DNA of 64,000 nucleotides from Vicugna vicugna (GCA_013265495.1 MU058198.1:1066419-1130418), one strand, 5' to 3'; numbered from the stretch's first letter, positions 24,935 through 37,279 are shown. The notes: generated by a model not told the origin, from the letters alone. A program made the numbers and translations.

Positions 24935-25205
24935 TTATTCATTCACTTGTCATAAGCCATTATTTATCAAGCCCCTACTATGTGTCAAGCACCGTGCATG
25001 CTGAAGATCTAGTGATAAGCAAGACAGATGAAATCCGTCCCATATTCATGAAGGAAAGTGGATCTGATATAAACTGATCACATGCATAATGACTGTTACA
25101 AAGGGAAAGTCTGGGATATTATGGGTAGGTAATAGGAAGAGACTGAAACTTAACTGTAAGACTCTCTGACTTATGACATTTAAACTGAGGATGGAAAAGC
25201 ATGCA
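24935..25205 (-). mobile_element. L2 fragment
   Basis: attcattcac..tatttatcaagcccctactatgtgtcaagcac. Confidence 0.8.
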
Positions 25206-25669
25206 CGGCCTCTTTGCTCTGTTACATAAGAGCCAGGATCAGCCTCTTACTGTCCCTGTTGGTCCCGGGGGCTCTGCCTTGGACAGCCTGGCACCCCTTC
25301 TCTGCAGATCCCTGCCTTGGCCAGCCCTGGGGATGTGTGGGGACCATGGGAGAAGGACTTTATAACTCTGACTTGTCTGTTTCTGGCTCTCCTTATCAGT
25401 GTTGCCAGTAATTATATCCACCCTCTTCACCCGACTCTCCTCTCTGACCAGACTTCTGATGATATTTCATTGTTCTCTGAAATTGCCTCCATGAGATTTT
25501 TAAATAAAAATGAGAAATGGTCTCTTACTGCCTCCACATTGGCTCAATGCAATTTTTTCTTCCCTTCTCCCATGCCACAATGAACAAAATAGACACAGTC
25601 CCTGCTCAAAGACTAGTCTTTCCCAGAGGCTTCTGATGGAAGATGCTTGAGGCTGAGGGATTATAAATG

Positions 25670-25952
25670 GGGAGCACACAGACTGTTGGCACATACAGTA
25701 GTTTAAAAATCTGGGCATTTCACATGAAAATCCATATATCTGGTGAATCCTGAAAAGGCAGCACCATCCCCACATCTCCAAATGGCAATACTCAGCTGAA
25801 GCTGAGTGGTGGCTGTCTCCTTCAGGGCAAGCAAGCTACAGTCCACCACAGACCCCACTGCTCCCTATTGTCCCCCAACCCAGCCTGCTTCAGTATTCAG
25901 AAGGTATTTACCACACTTCCTTGGTCTCTGAAGGCATTTAAGTTTGCACTGA
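25670..25952. mobile_element. MER102-like hAT-Charlie element
   Basis: tttcacatgaaaatcc..gctgaagctgagtggtggctg..ctccctattgtc..aggcatttaagtttgc. Confidence 0.7.
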
Positions 25953-26619
25953 ATTTTAATTTGGATTTAAAGTGGATCTGGCACATTGTAAGAGGTGAAT
26001 TAAAAGTAGCTATTATTAATAGTAATTGTGGTAATAATATTCAAAGAGTACAGCCATAGGGCTGGATAAAAAAGATACAGGAGCTTTCCTGCATAGCAGC
26101 TGGGTGGGAATAGTGATAACTCAACCAAATATTCAAAATGACACCATCCCTTCTTCCTAATCAGCACTCCTACCTTAGAACATTTCTTAGTAAATTGCAT
26201 AAAATCCTTACCCATAATAGAAGCAGACCATGTTGCAACAAGGTGATTATTATTATTTACCATCATTACATAATTAGACATAATTTCAATAATTGCCTAA
26301 ACAGAAACCACATGAATAAGTATTCCTTAGGAAAACGAAAATTAATGAAAAGAAAATCCAAGTCGGTGGTGAGACCTGCGAGGTCCAGAGGGGATTTTCC
26401 CTTTTGGGTCAGGTGAGGGCGATATGCACAGAGGAGAATCATCAGGGATATGGATCAGCCAGGCATTTGTGTCTTCTTAAGAATGGATTCAGAGCAGTGA
26501 GTTTGCCCTGGCTCAGTCTTTAGCAAGGTGGCTCTGTGCATCAGTGAAGCAGAAAAATAGTTAGCTGAACTTGAATCTGCTTTATACTAAACTTGTGAGT
26601 GTCCTTCTGCTCCAGCTGA

Positions 26620-26722
26620 TTCTCCGTCCCTTCCTCCCTCCTCCTCCTCTTCTTTCTCTCCCCCTCCCCCCACCTCCTTTCCTTCTCCCTCTCTCCCTCC
26701 ATTTCTCTCTCCCTCCCTCTCT
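26620..26722. repeat. CT-rich simple repeat
   Basis: Near-pure polypyrimidine. Confidence 0.9.
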
Positions 26723-27090
26723 TAACAGTTCAGTTCTTGAGCAGCGGCTTTATGCCATGGGCGCTGTCCTAGGTGCTGGGGATACTGTAGGGCACCAGAC
26801 AGGCACGGAGAGTGACTTGTTGAAGTTTGCAACGTGGCATCTCCTCCCCTTGGCTCTTGGGAAATGAGATTCAGTCAGTCTTTCCACACATACTTGTTGA
26901 TCACCTACTATGTGCCAGTCAGGGAACTAGGTAGTCTGCAGTAAATCAAGCCAGATATGGCCTTCCACTCTTGGTATCCACATTCTTGAAGGAAGAGGAG
27001 ACCGATAAACAATCAAAGCAAGAAAATAGCAGGTGCTGACAAGTGCTATGATAAAAATAAAAACAGCGTTAGAGGTGTCTGGGGAGACAC
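26720..27090 (-). mobile_element. Two L2 3' fragments
   Basis: gtcctaggtgctggggatac and cacctactatgtgccag..acaagtgctatgataaaaataaaa. Confidence 0.75.
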
Positions 27091-27204
27091 AGAGCCTGGC
27101 TTCTGGATACTTAATAAAGGTTCTGTTTCAGATTTCTTCCCTATCCAGACAACTTGTATGAGCTCTCTCATTTCAGTGACTTTCATTCATCTCTGCCTTT
27201 TTGT

Positions 27205-27410
27205 ACTGGAGTTTGGAGTCAGAGAAACTTGGGCTTGAATCCCAGCTCTGCCACTGTTACGTGTCCCTGAGCACTTTGCTTAATGTCTCTGAGCCTTAGT
27301 TTCCTTATCTGTGAAGTGGACGTAAGGCTAGCACCTGCCCCTCAGTACTGAAGTGAGGAGAGTACTCACACAATGCCTGCATGTATTAGGCACTCAGGAA
27401 ATGTTTAAGT
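27205..27410 (+). mobile_element. MIR SINE
   Basis: tggagtcaga..gaatcccagctctgccact..ctctgagccttagtttccttatctgt. Confidence 0.9.
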
Positions 27411-28019
27411 GCGTGAGTGATCTGAATCCTACTTGTGCCTTCAAGGTCAATTCAAGCCTCACCTCCTCTGTGGAGCATTCTGATTGCTTCTCCACAACTT
27501 CAACACCACCACTGCACACAATGACTTTGCTGTTCCAGGACCAAGTAGCATATTGTTGATTCATTTTACCTGCTAATTATCTGTCTCACCAAACCTAAGA
27601 TCCTTAGGTTCCTTTGCAGCCCTGACTTCCATCCACCTAACACCCTACAAAGCCCTTGATAGGCACTTGATATATGTTTATTGATTGACAATATGCACAT
27701 GAGTTGATTTGCTTTGTTCTGATGTCTAATTACTTTCTGTTGAGCAGGTGAAGGGGAGACCTGTGTGTCATGGAATCATATTTGGACCCCCTCACTTCTG
27801 ACATTGATGCTGACACTCACGTGTGTAAGGCTGTTAGGACAATAGTCCCCAGATTTACAAAGACTGAATGCAGTGGAGAACCTTCACCTTTCTTGCATGA
27901 AGGAGAAATAAAGGATAATCGTGCAGCTTTCTTTAGATCCATTTGTGTGTGAGAGACGTGCTATGCTGGCAGTAATTACAGAAAGGAAAGGAAATGGAGT
28001 AAGAAGCAAAGGAAGAATT

Positions 28020-28310
28020 AGTTGTACTCGACCTAATTAAAATCCTGTAGAAAGAACTCTTCTCTTATTTGGAAAGGTGATCTAACATGACCTTCAGGCC
28101 ACTGTATTAACCATTGTACTTTTCATTTTAAGGGGGAATCAATGGCAGAAAGATTATTTGAGAAAGGCAACCCTTCACTTGCCTTTCAGAAATTAAATGA
28201 CCTTGATTTCTGAATCACTTCCTTCCAATGAAATTAAATTGCATTGAACCCTGTCAGTTAGCAAGGGGAGCTAATCACCCGAGAGGAGGAGCTCACTTGA
28301 CTGATCCTCT
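28020..28310. promoter_or_regulatory. Candidate enhancer (repeat-free motif cluster)
   Basis: CTAATTAA, two TGACCTT, CATTGT, ATCAAT, CTGTCA, TAATCA. Confidence 0.3.
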
Positions 28311-28584
28311 GACAGGAGGTGGGGCTTTTGGGGAGGAGAAAAGCAGCTGGGAGGTGAGGGCCTTGGGCTTTTGGTCAAAGTAGATTGAATTTTTTCATTT
28401 TGTTTTCATTTCAAAAAACACACACACTGAAGAAATGTAGCCTCTCTCCCCAGGTGGTGTTTGTATCTTGTGTCTTAATGGGAGAGAGGTATTTTTCTGC
28501 AATCTACCACAGTTTAGAAAATTTCCAGGCAGATTACCCACCCAGAGAGAGAGGCTGTTGCAGCCAAAATAAAACAGCCACCAG

Positions 28585-28795
28585 GATAGCTATCATCTGT
28601 GGATTTCTGATCGTATCAAGCCTTCTGTACACATTGTCTTATTTAGTTCTCACAACTATTCATACTAGCTACTACTATTTTCCCTGTTTTGCAGGTAAGA
28701 AAGCCAAGGTTCAGAGATGTAATTTGCCCAAGGTCACACAGCTTAACTGAATGGCAGGGGAGGGACCAGAATCCAGGGCTTGTCAGATTCTGAAA
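28585..28795 (-). mobile_element. MIR SINE
   Basis: aaggttcagagatgtaatttgcccaaggtcacacagct. Confidence 0.88.
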
Positions 28796-29039
28796 TCACC
28801 AAGGGTCTTTTGTTCCAACGGAGCCATGCCCCCCTACAGGAGTGTTTCTCTCAGCTAAAATGTCAGAGACCCTATAATCCCACGTGGGAGATGTCTTTGG
28901 CCCACATTGCTCTGGTTTGGTAATGGCGGTATAGTCTGTAACCTGTACTCGATTGCTGTTTAGGGCAGGATAAATTGGTGAGTCTCTGCATCCAAATACA
29001 GAGAATGGAGCTCACAGCTGAAGTAGCCAAGGAGACACA

Positions 29040-29285
29040 GAAGCAGAGTGCAGTCATTATGAGGATGGGCCCTGGGGTCTAATTGTCTGAGTTTAATCCT
29101 GGATCCACCATCTTGTAGTTGTGCAAATTTGGGGGGGAAATTATTCAAGGTCTCTGCGACTCTGTTTCTTCATCTTCAGAATGGAGAAAATAACGATGCC
29201 TGCCTTACAAGGGTATCATGGAGATTAGATGAGATAGTTATATATCCAGCATACAGTAAGTGCCTAGTATCTATTAGCTATTAAG
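29040..29285 (+). mobile_element. MIR SINE
   Basis: ctctgtttcttcatcttcagaatggaga..ggagattagatgagata..atacagtaagtgc. Confidence 0.85.
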
Positions 29286-30064
29286 ATAAATTTGGTCTCT
29301 GGTCACTGGAAAACCTGAGCTTCTGGAAGAAGACAGAAGTGATCAGGTCACTGGTAGCTGATCACCAAAGGAGATTAGTTTAGGGATGAATTGGACTCAA
29401 GCTGGTGTGAGGCAAAGGGAGCTAAGAAGTAGAAGGATTCATGGGACTTGCTGCATTTTGATGTCCCAGGTAGATGTCCATGGAGACAGGAATCCCTTGC
29501 TACGAAAGGCCAGGCTGGAAGGAAGGGAAGAGTGCAACTTAGGAGAACCCCTATGTCTTTCCATACTTATATCTTTATCCTTCTAGCCTATACCCTTCCC
29601 TACATCCATCCATCCACCCTTTCATTCAGGAGTCTGTTATCTTTTGTAGATTTCCATCCATCCTTCCATCTTTCTCTCCTTTTGTTATTCCATCTGTTCC
29701 TCCATCCTTCCCTTCTCTCCACCTATTCTTTCATCCTCAGAATAGCATAGTGGTGAAGAGTGCAGAATGTCGAGATGGAGAACCTGGATTCCAGTCCTAT
29801 GTTATTGACTGCTTGTGTGAACTTGAACAAATTTCTTGAACAAAGTTCCCCATTTGTAAATTGAGGCTGTCTCCTTAAGGTAAAGGGGAGTTACTGGAAG
29901 ATTTTGAGCGAGGGAGTGTCACAATCATACTTGTCTTTTTGCAAGTTTGCTCTGTCTGCTTTGGGGAGAATGGAGTGGAAGAGGGCAAGACCAACAAGCA
30001 GGAAGTCAGTTGGAAGGTACTGCAAATAACCAAGGCAAAAGATGATGTGAACTTGAATCAAGCA

Positions 30065-30310
30065 ATGATAGCTGTCACTTCTTATGTGCTTAGGAGGTGT
30101 CAGAAACAGTGCTGCATGCTTTCCCTGAATTATTTCATTGAACCCTCCTAATAACCCTAAGGGTTAGATACTATTTGATTATTTCCCATCTTACAGATGT
30201 GGAGAATGAGGCTTAGAGTGTTTTGGGAACTAACTAGGATCATACAAGTGCCAAGTTGCAGAGCTGGGATTTGCACACAGATCATTTGACTCTGATGTGT
30301 GCTCTGTAGC
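30065..30310 (-). mobile_element. MIR SINE
   Basis: cccatcttacagatgtggagaatgaggcttagag..gcagagctgggatttg. Confidence 0.85.
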
Positions 30311-30429
30311 TCTAGGTTATCCCCTGTGCAAGGACAGTGGAATCAAAGATGCAGAAGAGGGGCTACTTCCAAGAGATGCTGCTAATGCCAAAGCAGCAAG
30401 ATGACTTAACCAACAGATTGCAGGAGCCA

Positions 30430-30735
30430 TGAGTACGTTGATAAGCTGGCTCTCTGGGGGGAGAGCATTCGCCCATTTATTTGATGTAAACACTCCCACC
30501 ATGGCCAATTTAAAGTTACTAATGTGGGGGGAGGGTATAGCTCAGTGGTAGGGCACGTGCTTAGCATGCATGAGGTCCTGGGTTCAATCCCCAGTACCTC
30601 CATTAAAAAAATAATGAATGAATGAATGAATAAACCTAATTACCTCCCTCCCCTCAAAAAAAAAGAAATTAAGAAAATAAAAAATAATAAAGTTACTAAC
30701 ATAATGTCACTGATTGTGGAGTTGGGAAGAGACGT
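30430..30735 (-). mobile_element. MER63A-like hAT MITE split by a SINE
   Basis: tgtaaacactcccaccatggccaattt..[SINE]..gtcactgattgtggagttgggaagaga. Confidence 0.75.
30526..30687 (+). mobile_element. tRNA-Ala(AGC)-derived SINE (camelid vic-1 type), full length
   Basis: Head gggtatagctcagtggtag..cttagcatgcatgaggtcctgggttcaatcccc with A and B boxes, body aataaacctaattacctcc, A-rich tail, 15-bp TSD 30511-30525 / 30688-30702. Confidence 0.9.
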
Positions 30736-30934
30736 GGGGGTTACAGAGAAGAGCCAGGAATGCCCTGGGAGTTTTCAGCTTCTGGTTGAGTACCGGTAGG
30801 TGTGGTTAACTGTTTCAGGGGGTTTCTGATTTTCCTTGGGTCAGACACAGTTTTCAGAACCCCCTGAAGGCTGGGGAACTATTGTTCAGAACATTGCTTA
30901 CTGCCACAAAAGTCTCAAAGCATTTTAAGGCTGT

Positions 30935-31400
30935 CATTGTTATACCAAAGCCCTTATACTTCACAAAAAGAAAAAAATGCCCAAATCCCAGTGGAGTTTA
31001 ATAAATAAATCAGCAATAAGCACATATTTAGCTTTCATATTTGTGGCTTGGCTGGGGTCAGGCTGATCCAGCCTGGGCTTGACTCAGTGTCTCTGCTCTG
31101 TGTGTCTCTCCTTCTCCACCTGCGACCAGCAGACCAGTCCAAGCATGGTCACATGGCAATGACAGAAACACAAGATGGTAAATGGAAACATATTAGGTCT
31201 CTTCAGCCCTAGGCTTGTAGCTGGCAGTCTGTCACTTCCACTTCATTCCATTAGCCAAAGCAAATCACATGTTCGAACTCAAAGTCAAGGGATGGGGAAA
31301 TATATTCTGTCCTTTTAATGGAAAGGAGTGCCAGTCACATGGCAAAGAGTATGGATACAAGGAGGTGTTGGGGCTTCAAGGCTGATAATTCGTCTACCAC
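30935..31400 (-). mobile_element. MLT1G/H-like MaLR LTR
   Basis: tgtcacttccacttcattccattagccaaagcaaatcacatg..gtcacatggcaaag..tctaccac. Confidence 0.8.
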
Positions 31401-32284
31401 TGGGGCATCTCTCCAGGTAAGCAGAGCAGCCTCTACACCTGACATCACCATTTCCTCCCCTAGGTTATGCCGCTAGCCTCTACCCACCTCCGTTTTTCCT
31501 CTCCCCTGGTGAGGAGAAGATGGGGGGCCCTAGAGGCTTGGGCCTCCTTAGTTTCCTCTCTGCTGTTGGACAAGCTGTTTTCATCCCAGTTTAGAGACCT
31601 GAGCATTACATCATCCCTCCTTTGCCACTTTGACAAGCCAAGCGACTTTCTTCCCACTCAGGTTTTTGAGCGAGCCCTTCAGAAAGGTGCTACAGATGCA
31701 ACTTTTCCTATTGCATCTTAAAATTAGTGCCTTTTAAAAACAAATAGGCTTTATTTATACCATGCACACAACAACAACAACAACAAAAGGAGGATAATTA
31801 GGCATACACACTGCAATCAAGCATATTGGGTTCGTTGGAATCATTAAACTTAATTACTTTCACTTGTTATTCCTGGGGGCTGTAATATCAGTATTAAATG
31901 TCAATGGGATCTGCAGTATGTTTGATTTAGCTGAAACAAGGATTCAGTAATGTACTGCTTCTCTGAGAGATTTTTATCAAGACGAGTCATATGCTGAGTG
32001 CCTCCTCTTGCTGTTCAAGGGGCCTGCTGGGAGACACCTTTGCTGAAAGACTGGGAAGTTGTCTTGCTTCCTGTCTCAATGCCCTGAGGGATTCTCTTCC
32101 TTTGAGATTCCTACCCATATCCAGGTAGAATTAACCACAAGTGTTAACCACATGTATTAAGCCCTTACTATGGGCATATCTTATTTGATCCTCATAATTC
32201 CCCCATTTTGAAGAAGAGGAAGCTGGGGCTCCAAAAGATGAAATAATTTGGCTGCGGTCACACAGCTTATAAGAGGCAGGTCCA

Positions 32285-32757
32285 ACCCAAATGTCCATCA
32301 ACAGGTGACTGGGAAGATGTGGTATATATATACAATGGAATACTACTCGACCATAAAAAAGAATAAAATAATGCCATTTGTAGCAACATGGATGGACCTG
32401 GAGATCATCATTCTAATTGAAGTAAGCCAGAAGGAGAAAGAAAAATGCTACGTGATATCACTTACATGTGGAATCTTATAAAAAAAAAAGACACAAATGA
32501 ACTTATCTACAAAACAGAAACAGACTCACAGACACAGAGAACAAACTTATGGTTACCAGTGGGTAAAGGAGGTGGGAAGGGATAAATTGGGAATTTGAAA
32601 ACTGCACCTCTTGGGGAGTGTTACCTGTCTTGATTGTGGTGGTGGTTTCATGGGTGTAGTCATCTATCAAAATTCATCAAACTGTACATTTGAAATATGT
32701 GTGGTTTACGGTACAGGGACCATATCACAAAAAAATGTGTTAAAAAAATTTTTTTTA
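32285..32757 (+). mobile_element. Chimeric L1 insertion (young L1 ORF2 end/3'UTR plus old L1M-type terminus) in a reverse MIR
   Basis: TSD aagaggcaggtcca at 32271-32284 and 32758-32771; supplied ORF 32248-32481 contains the L1 ORF2 C-terminus (MWYIYTMEYY..IMPFVATWMDLE). Confidence 0.85.
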
Positions 32758-33117
32758 AAGAGGCAGGTCCAGGACACTTGCTAATGGGGAAGGTTCCTGA
32801 ACCCAGGATCTATATAATCACTTCTTTTCTGGTTCCCAAATCTTGATATTGGTTTCTCTTCCAACTTCTTGGTAAGTCTTACCAAAGACTTATTGATAAG
32901 TCTTATAAACCCTCTCAACCTTAAGTTCTAATAAAAACCAAGGTTCATAAATATTTTCCATGTGCCTGTCATTGTACTAAGAGTTTTAACTACTTGATCT
33001 GATGCAATTCTCCCAATAATCCTATCTATAGTATAGGCTCATTGTATTTTGTTGTTATTATTTCTACTAGTACTATTATACATTGATACATCTATGTGTT
33101 AGGCTAATGTCAACATC

Positions 33118-33617
33118 TGTATCAGTCAGGAGTTTGTTCAAATGTAGGTAAATAGCTGCCCACAGTGGTTTCACCAAGTAGGGCTTTATTTTTTTCTCGT
33201 AGCAACAAGTTCTGAGAGGCAGCCCTGGCTGTTACAGCTGTTCACAAAGCCATTAGAGACCCAGATGCCTTCCATTTTTCAACTCTGTCATCCTTAGAGG
33301 TTGGCTTTTTTCTTCACGGTTGCAAAATGGTTGCTCCACCTCCAGACATTGCATTCTATCTTCAAGAGAGCAAAAAGGAGAAAGTAAGGGGGCCAGAAGC
33401 AAAAAACCCCTTCCTCTGGGGCTCCCCCCTTATTATTTGTGCAGGCTCGCCCTCTCTGAGGTCTGCTACCAATATCTCACTGAATAGCACTATGTCATGG
33501 GACCACACCTTGCTCAAGGGGATCCTGGGAAAGACACATGTAGATGCCATGACCAAAAGCAGGGTTCCTGCAGGAAAGAGGAGAACAGACGTGGGCAGGA
33601 GAGGGAGAACTAGCACA
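33118..33617 (-). mobile_element. MLT1J/K-like MaLR LTR
   Basis: tgtatcagtcagga..ggttgcaaaatggttgctccacctccagacattgc. Confidence 0.8.
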
Positions 33618-33949
33618 AAGTCCTCGGAGGAAAAGATCGACAGTCTTTGCTTACTGAATGCAGGTTGAGGTTCTTGCCCCTTGAAAAGCTCCTTTTGACT
33701 CTCAGATTATTTCCTGTAATCCTCATACAACCTCTTGAGGAAGTAAGTCCACGTTTATTCCTAGATGCTCTCAAAAACATTGCCCTAGTCAATTTTTTCA
33801 GCCTCAGAAATGAGGAGCAGGAGGAAGCGGAGAGGCTGTCTCTGGCGTGGACAGACCTGAGCAGGGCTCGTATCTTCCCCTCGCCGCCAGCAACAAATAA
33901 GCAGGATGGCAGGCTGGGAGAGCCTTTTGAACTGGGAACTGGGATGGAG

Positions 33950-34330
33950 GATGGGTGGAGATTTAATTATGCGATTAGCTAGGCTTGGAATCAAACCTCT
34001 TAATTGGCTCCTAATTAACTGATCAGATGCACCACCTGCCGACCTTCTCGCCTCTGAAGTCTCCCAGAATGCACTGTGGGTGCAGAAGGGAGCGTGGAGT
34101 CTGCTCACACTTGGGGAACTGGGGAGTTCCCCATGAAGTGGGTGTGCGGTCAATTAACATATGAGCCCAGGGACCCCCTGAGCATGCCTTGTAATGATCA
34201 ATTAGGGCGAATAAATGAGCACTGCTAGGAAGAGGGAGCTGTCTTAGTTCACTGGCTGCGTGTGTGGCGGGGAGGGGGACACGGTATACACTGGTAATTT
34301 CCAACAGCCATTTCCAGCACACATAAATCC
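33950..34330. promoter_or_regulatory. Candidate enhancer (homeodomain site cluster)
   Basis: TTAATTA, CGATTA, TTAATTG, CTAATTAA within about 60 bp; CAATTAA, CATATG and CAATTAG downstream. Confidence 0.35.
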
Positions 34331-35257
34331 TGAATTCCAAGGATAGAGGGTAGGAAAACAATAGTGGCAACAGAGTTCAATGATGGTAACTGACATGTGT
34401 TTATGAGGGTTTTTGTTTGTTTGTTTTGGTTAAGAATTTTTAATTATAAAAATGACATATACTAAAAATAATGTAGAGTAACATTTCCTGAGTGATTACT
34501 GCAAATGAGACCAGAGCTTCCTATCTTGACTTTAATCCAAATCGAAAGCCTACCTTGAACACACCTAAATGCCGAGTCCCTGGTGGACTCTAGCCAGGCC
34601 TTGAGGTTTACACAGAGAAAGGTCAGGCACTAGGGAAATTGGGGCGGGGGGTTGGATGTGAGCAATAGCATAAGCGGTATTTTATGAGCATCCGTATAGA
34701 GACAAGTGCTCTTTGTAAATTTAGCGTGGCAAGATTTTAATAAATGAGGCCAGTGGGATGTGTGGGGCTTTATATAGCATGCCCCATATTTATATTCCTG
34801 TCAACTCTCCTCGCTTAAGCAATGTATTCATTATGGTCCATTTCACCATTTCTCACAAGATGGGCGCTGTATCATGTCAGACAGAAATAAGTGAGGTGGG
34901 CGTGGGTCTGAAATAATGAAAAGGCCAGGAGAAAAATTTGGAGCGGAGGGCATGGAAACAGTTTATGCTTTGAAAAAAAAAATTCTCATTTTTGCTCAAT
35001 GTACAGCTGCCGGACCTGAGTGTCTTGCCTTGTTGTGCTAGGAAAGTCCCATCCCCTTACCTGCCACCCCCTAGTCTGGGCCTCTGTAAATGTGAGGTTG
35101 GGGAAATCCTCTGATAAGCCGAGAAAAGTTAAGACCTATTTCGTTCCCCTAAAATGCATATATTTTACACCTAACTTTGGAACATTCTTGAAGCCTGATT
35201 GGTCCGGTGTGAATCAGGTGATCTTCCTCCAAACCAATCAACTGTGAGGTCAAATTA

Positions 35258-35607
35258 TAGAATCTAAAAAAAGGAAAAAGAAGACACCAGTGAACTCATC
35301 CACAAAACAGAAACAGGCTCATTGATGTAGTAAAAAATGGTATGGTTACCAGGGGAAAGGAGGTGGGAAGGGATAAATTTGGGAGTTTGAGATTTGCAAA
35401 TATTAACTACTATATATAAGATAGATAAAAAACAAATTTATTCTGTATAGCATAGGGAACTATATTCAATATCTTATAATAACCCTTAGTGAAAAAGAAT
35501 ATGAAAATGAATATATATATATACATACACACACACACATGACTGAGACATTATGCTGTACACCAGAAATTGACACATTGTAACTGACTATACTTCAATT
35601 TAAAAAA
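35258..35607 (+). mobile_element. Young L1 3'UTR, 5'-truncated
   Basis: acaaaacagaaacag..tatggttaccagggg..gctgtacaccagaaattgacacattgtaactgactatacttcaa; internal (TA)n(CA)n. Confidence 0.92.
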
Positions 35608-35789
35608 TCGTAACATCATGCAGCTAACTGTGGCCATGTTAAAATGGCAGGGATGGGAGGGAGGATTAAAAGGTTTCTAGGGTGAGAGGAAGGGGCTTTG
35701 CTGGGAGGGAAATCCTCTAGGCATCATATGTGGTTTTGATTATTGTCTTCCTCTACCTCTCACTCTCCCTCTTAGCCCTTGAAAATGCT

Positions 35790-36315
35790 TCCAGACTGTG
35801 GTTTCCAAGGTGTATAGTGATCTGACCCTCACCCGCCGATATAGACATGCCTGTCTCCACTTCTCATTTTGCTCTAAGTTCTAGACTTGCTGAATTAACT
35901 ACCCACCTGCAGGTCCCTGGACCTGATGTTATACTTCATGCCTCCAGGCCTTTGTGTATGCTGTTCCCCAGCCAAAAATACCTTTCTTCCTGTTTTCACA
36001 GTAGCTAATAGATACTAGCTAGATCAGAAAGCCTTCCCTGACCCTTCTTCCCCACCTCAATTGCCTCCACCAAGCTGAGAAGCTGTTAGCTTTTTCCAAA
36101 GTATCTTTTTTGTATTCATATTCCACCCACCCACCACCCCTCCCAATGCCTTACCTGCACACACACCATATATCCTTTGCATTGCAATTACTCGTCTACT
36201 TCTCTGCCCACCTATTGGATTGTGAGCTTCCTCCGGTCAGGGACTCTCTCTCATCTCTGTATCATCAAGACCTAACCCAGTATGCATAGGAGCTCAATAA
36301 CTGTTTATTAAGTGA
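35790..36315 (+). mobile_element. L2 3' region
   Basis: ccaggcctttgtgtatgctgttccc..agccttccctgac..gattgtgagcttcc..gctcaataa. Confidence 0.8.
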
Positions 36316-36359
36316 AAAAAATCCCTCTAGGACTTAGCCCTTCACAGATCATAGGGGAA

Positions 36360-36645
36360 GGTTTGTAATTAGAATTCAGAGCTAGGCACCTAATGATGTA
36401 GGAATTATGGCCCTGTAATATTTAGTGGAAAATTTTCGACAAGAGCTTCTTTGGTTTCTAATTAGGGGAATTATGTTAATGAGCCACCTTGCAAAAATCC
36501 CTGATAATCATGTTCCAAACTTACCCCACTGGGTCTCATTTAGACGTGAAGGACCACAGAAGGGCTCTGGTTAATGAACACGATTTCTGGCCTCAATTAG
36601 CACGTGCTACCCTTATTGTGCCCTGAGGACCTCCTGTCAGCCGGA
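36360..36645. promoter_or_regulatory. Candidate enhancer (repeat-free motif cluster)
   Basis: Multiple TAATTA/TAATGA cores; palindrome TAGCACGTGCTA 36598-36609; TATTGT; CTGTCA. Confidence 0.35.
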
Positions 36646-37279
36646 CACAGAGAACACACTCAGCAACCACAGCCTTGGGGGCTTTTCTAAGTGCGCTGTT
36701 ACCTTTTCTGCTGCACAGTTGCTAAGTTTCCCCACTCTTGAGTCTCACTCTGTATTTAGTCCACTGATCGTCTTTATGGGAGTGTCTGACATTAATGTCG
36801 AGTATTATTCTTTGACTCTGTTTCAACAAATGCTCACTAAATGATCCCAGCTTCTGGGAAGACGGGAATTGGGGTCACATGGAGGCTTTAGCCTTCAAAG
36901 TGTTGACACATGAATCTTAGCCAGGAATACAAGATGACAGGTAAGGATGTGCAAATTCACTCATTCATCCGCTTTATCTTTGTGTCATGTAGGAAGCATC
37001 TACATTTACCCATTTGGTTTTAGTAGGACATTCTTACAGCACCCTGTCTCCCTGACTACAATTGCTTAATTCTAAGTGGGCATTAGACTTCCCCAGGAAT
37101 TGATATAGAGAGCAATCTCTCTCCAACTGTGGGCAATGTGAGATGTATAATTCAGGAGCTGTCACACTGAGAAAGAGGTGACAGACAAAGAGCTGAGATG
37201 AAGATGAAGGGAGAGTCTGCCCCAGTTCTCCTTGTTCTGAGGTCCCGACCCCACCCCAATCCGCTCTTTACTGACATCT

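Noticed and set aside
30526..30602. tRNA-Ala(AGC) gene
   Set aside because: Followed by SINE body, A-rich tail and TSD, so it is a SINE head, not a tRNA gene.
32248..32481. ORF with recognisable protein similarity
   Set aside because: It is the C-terminal remnant of L1 ORF2 in a truncated insertion, not a gene.
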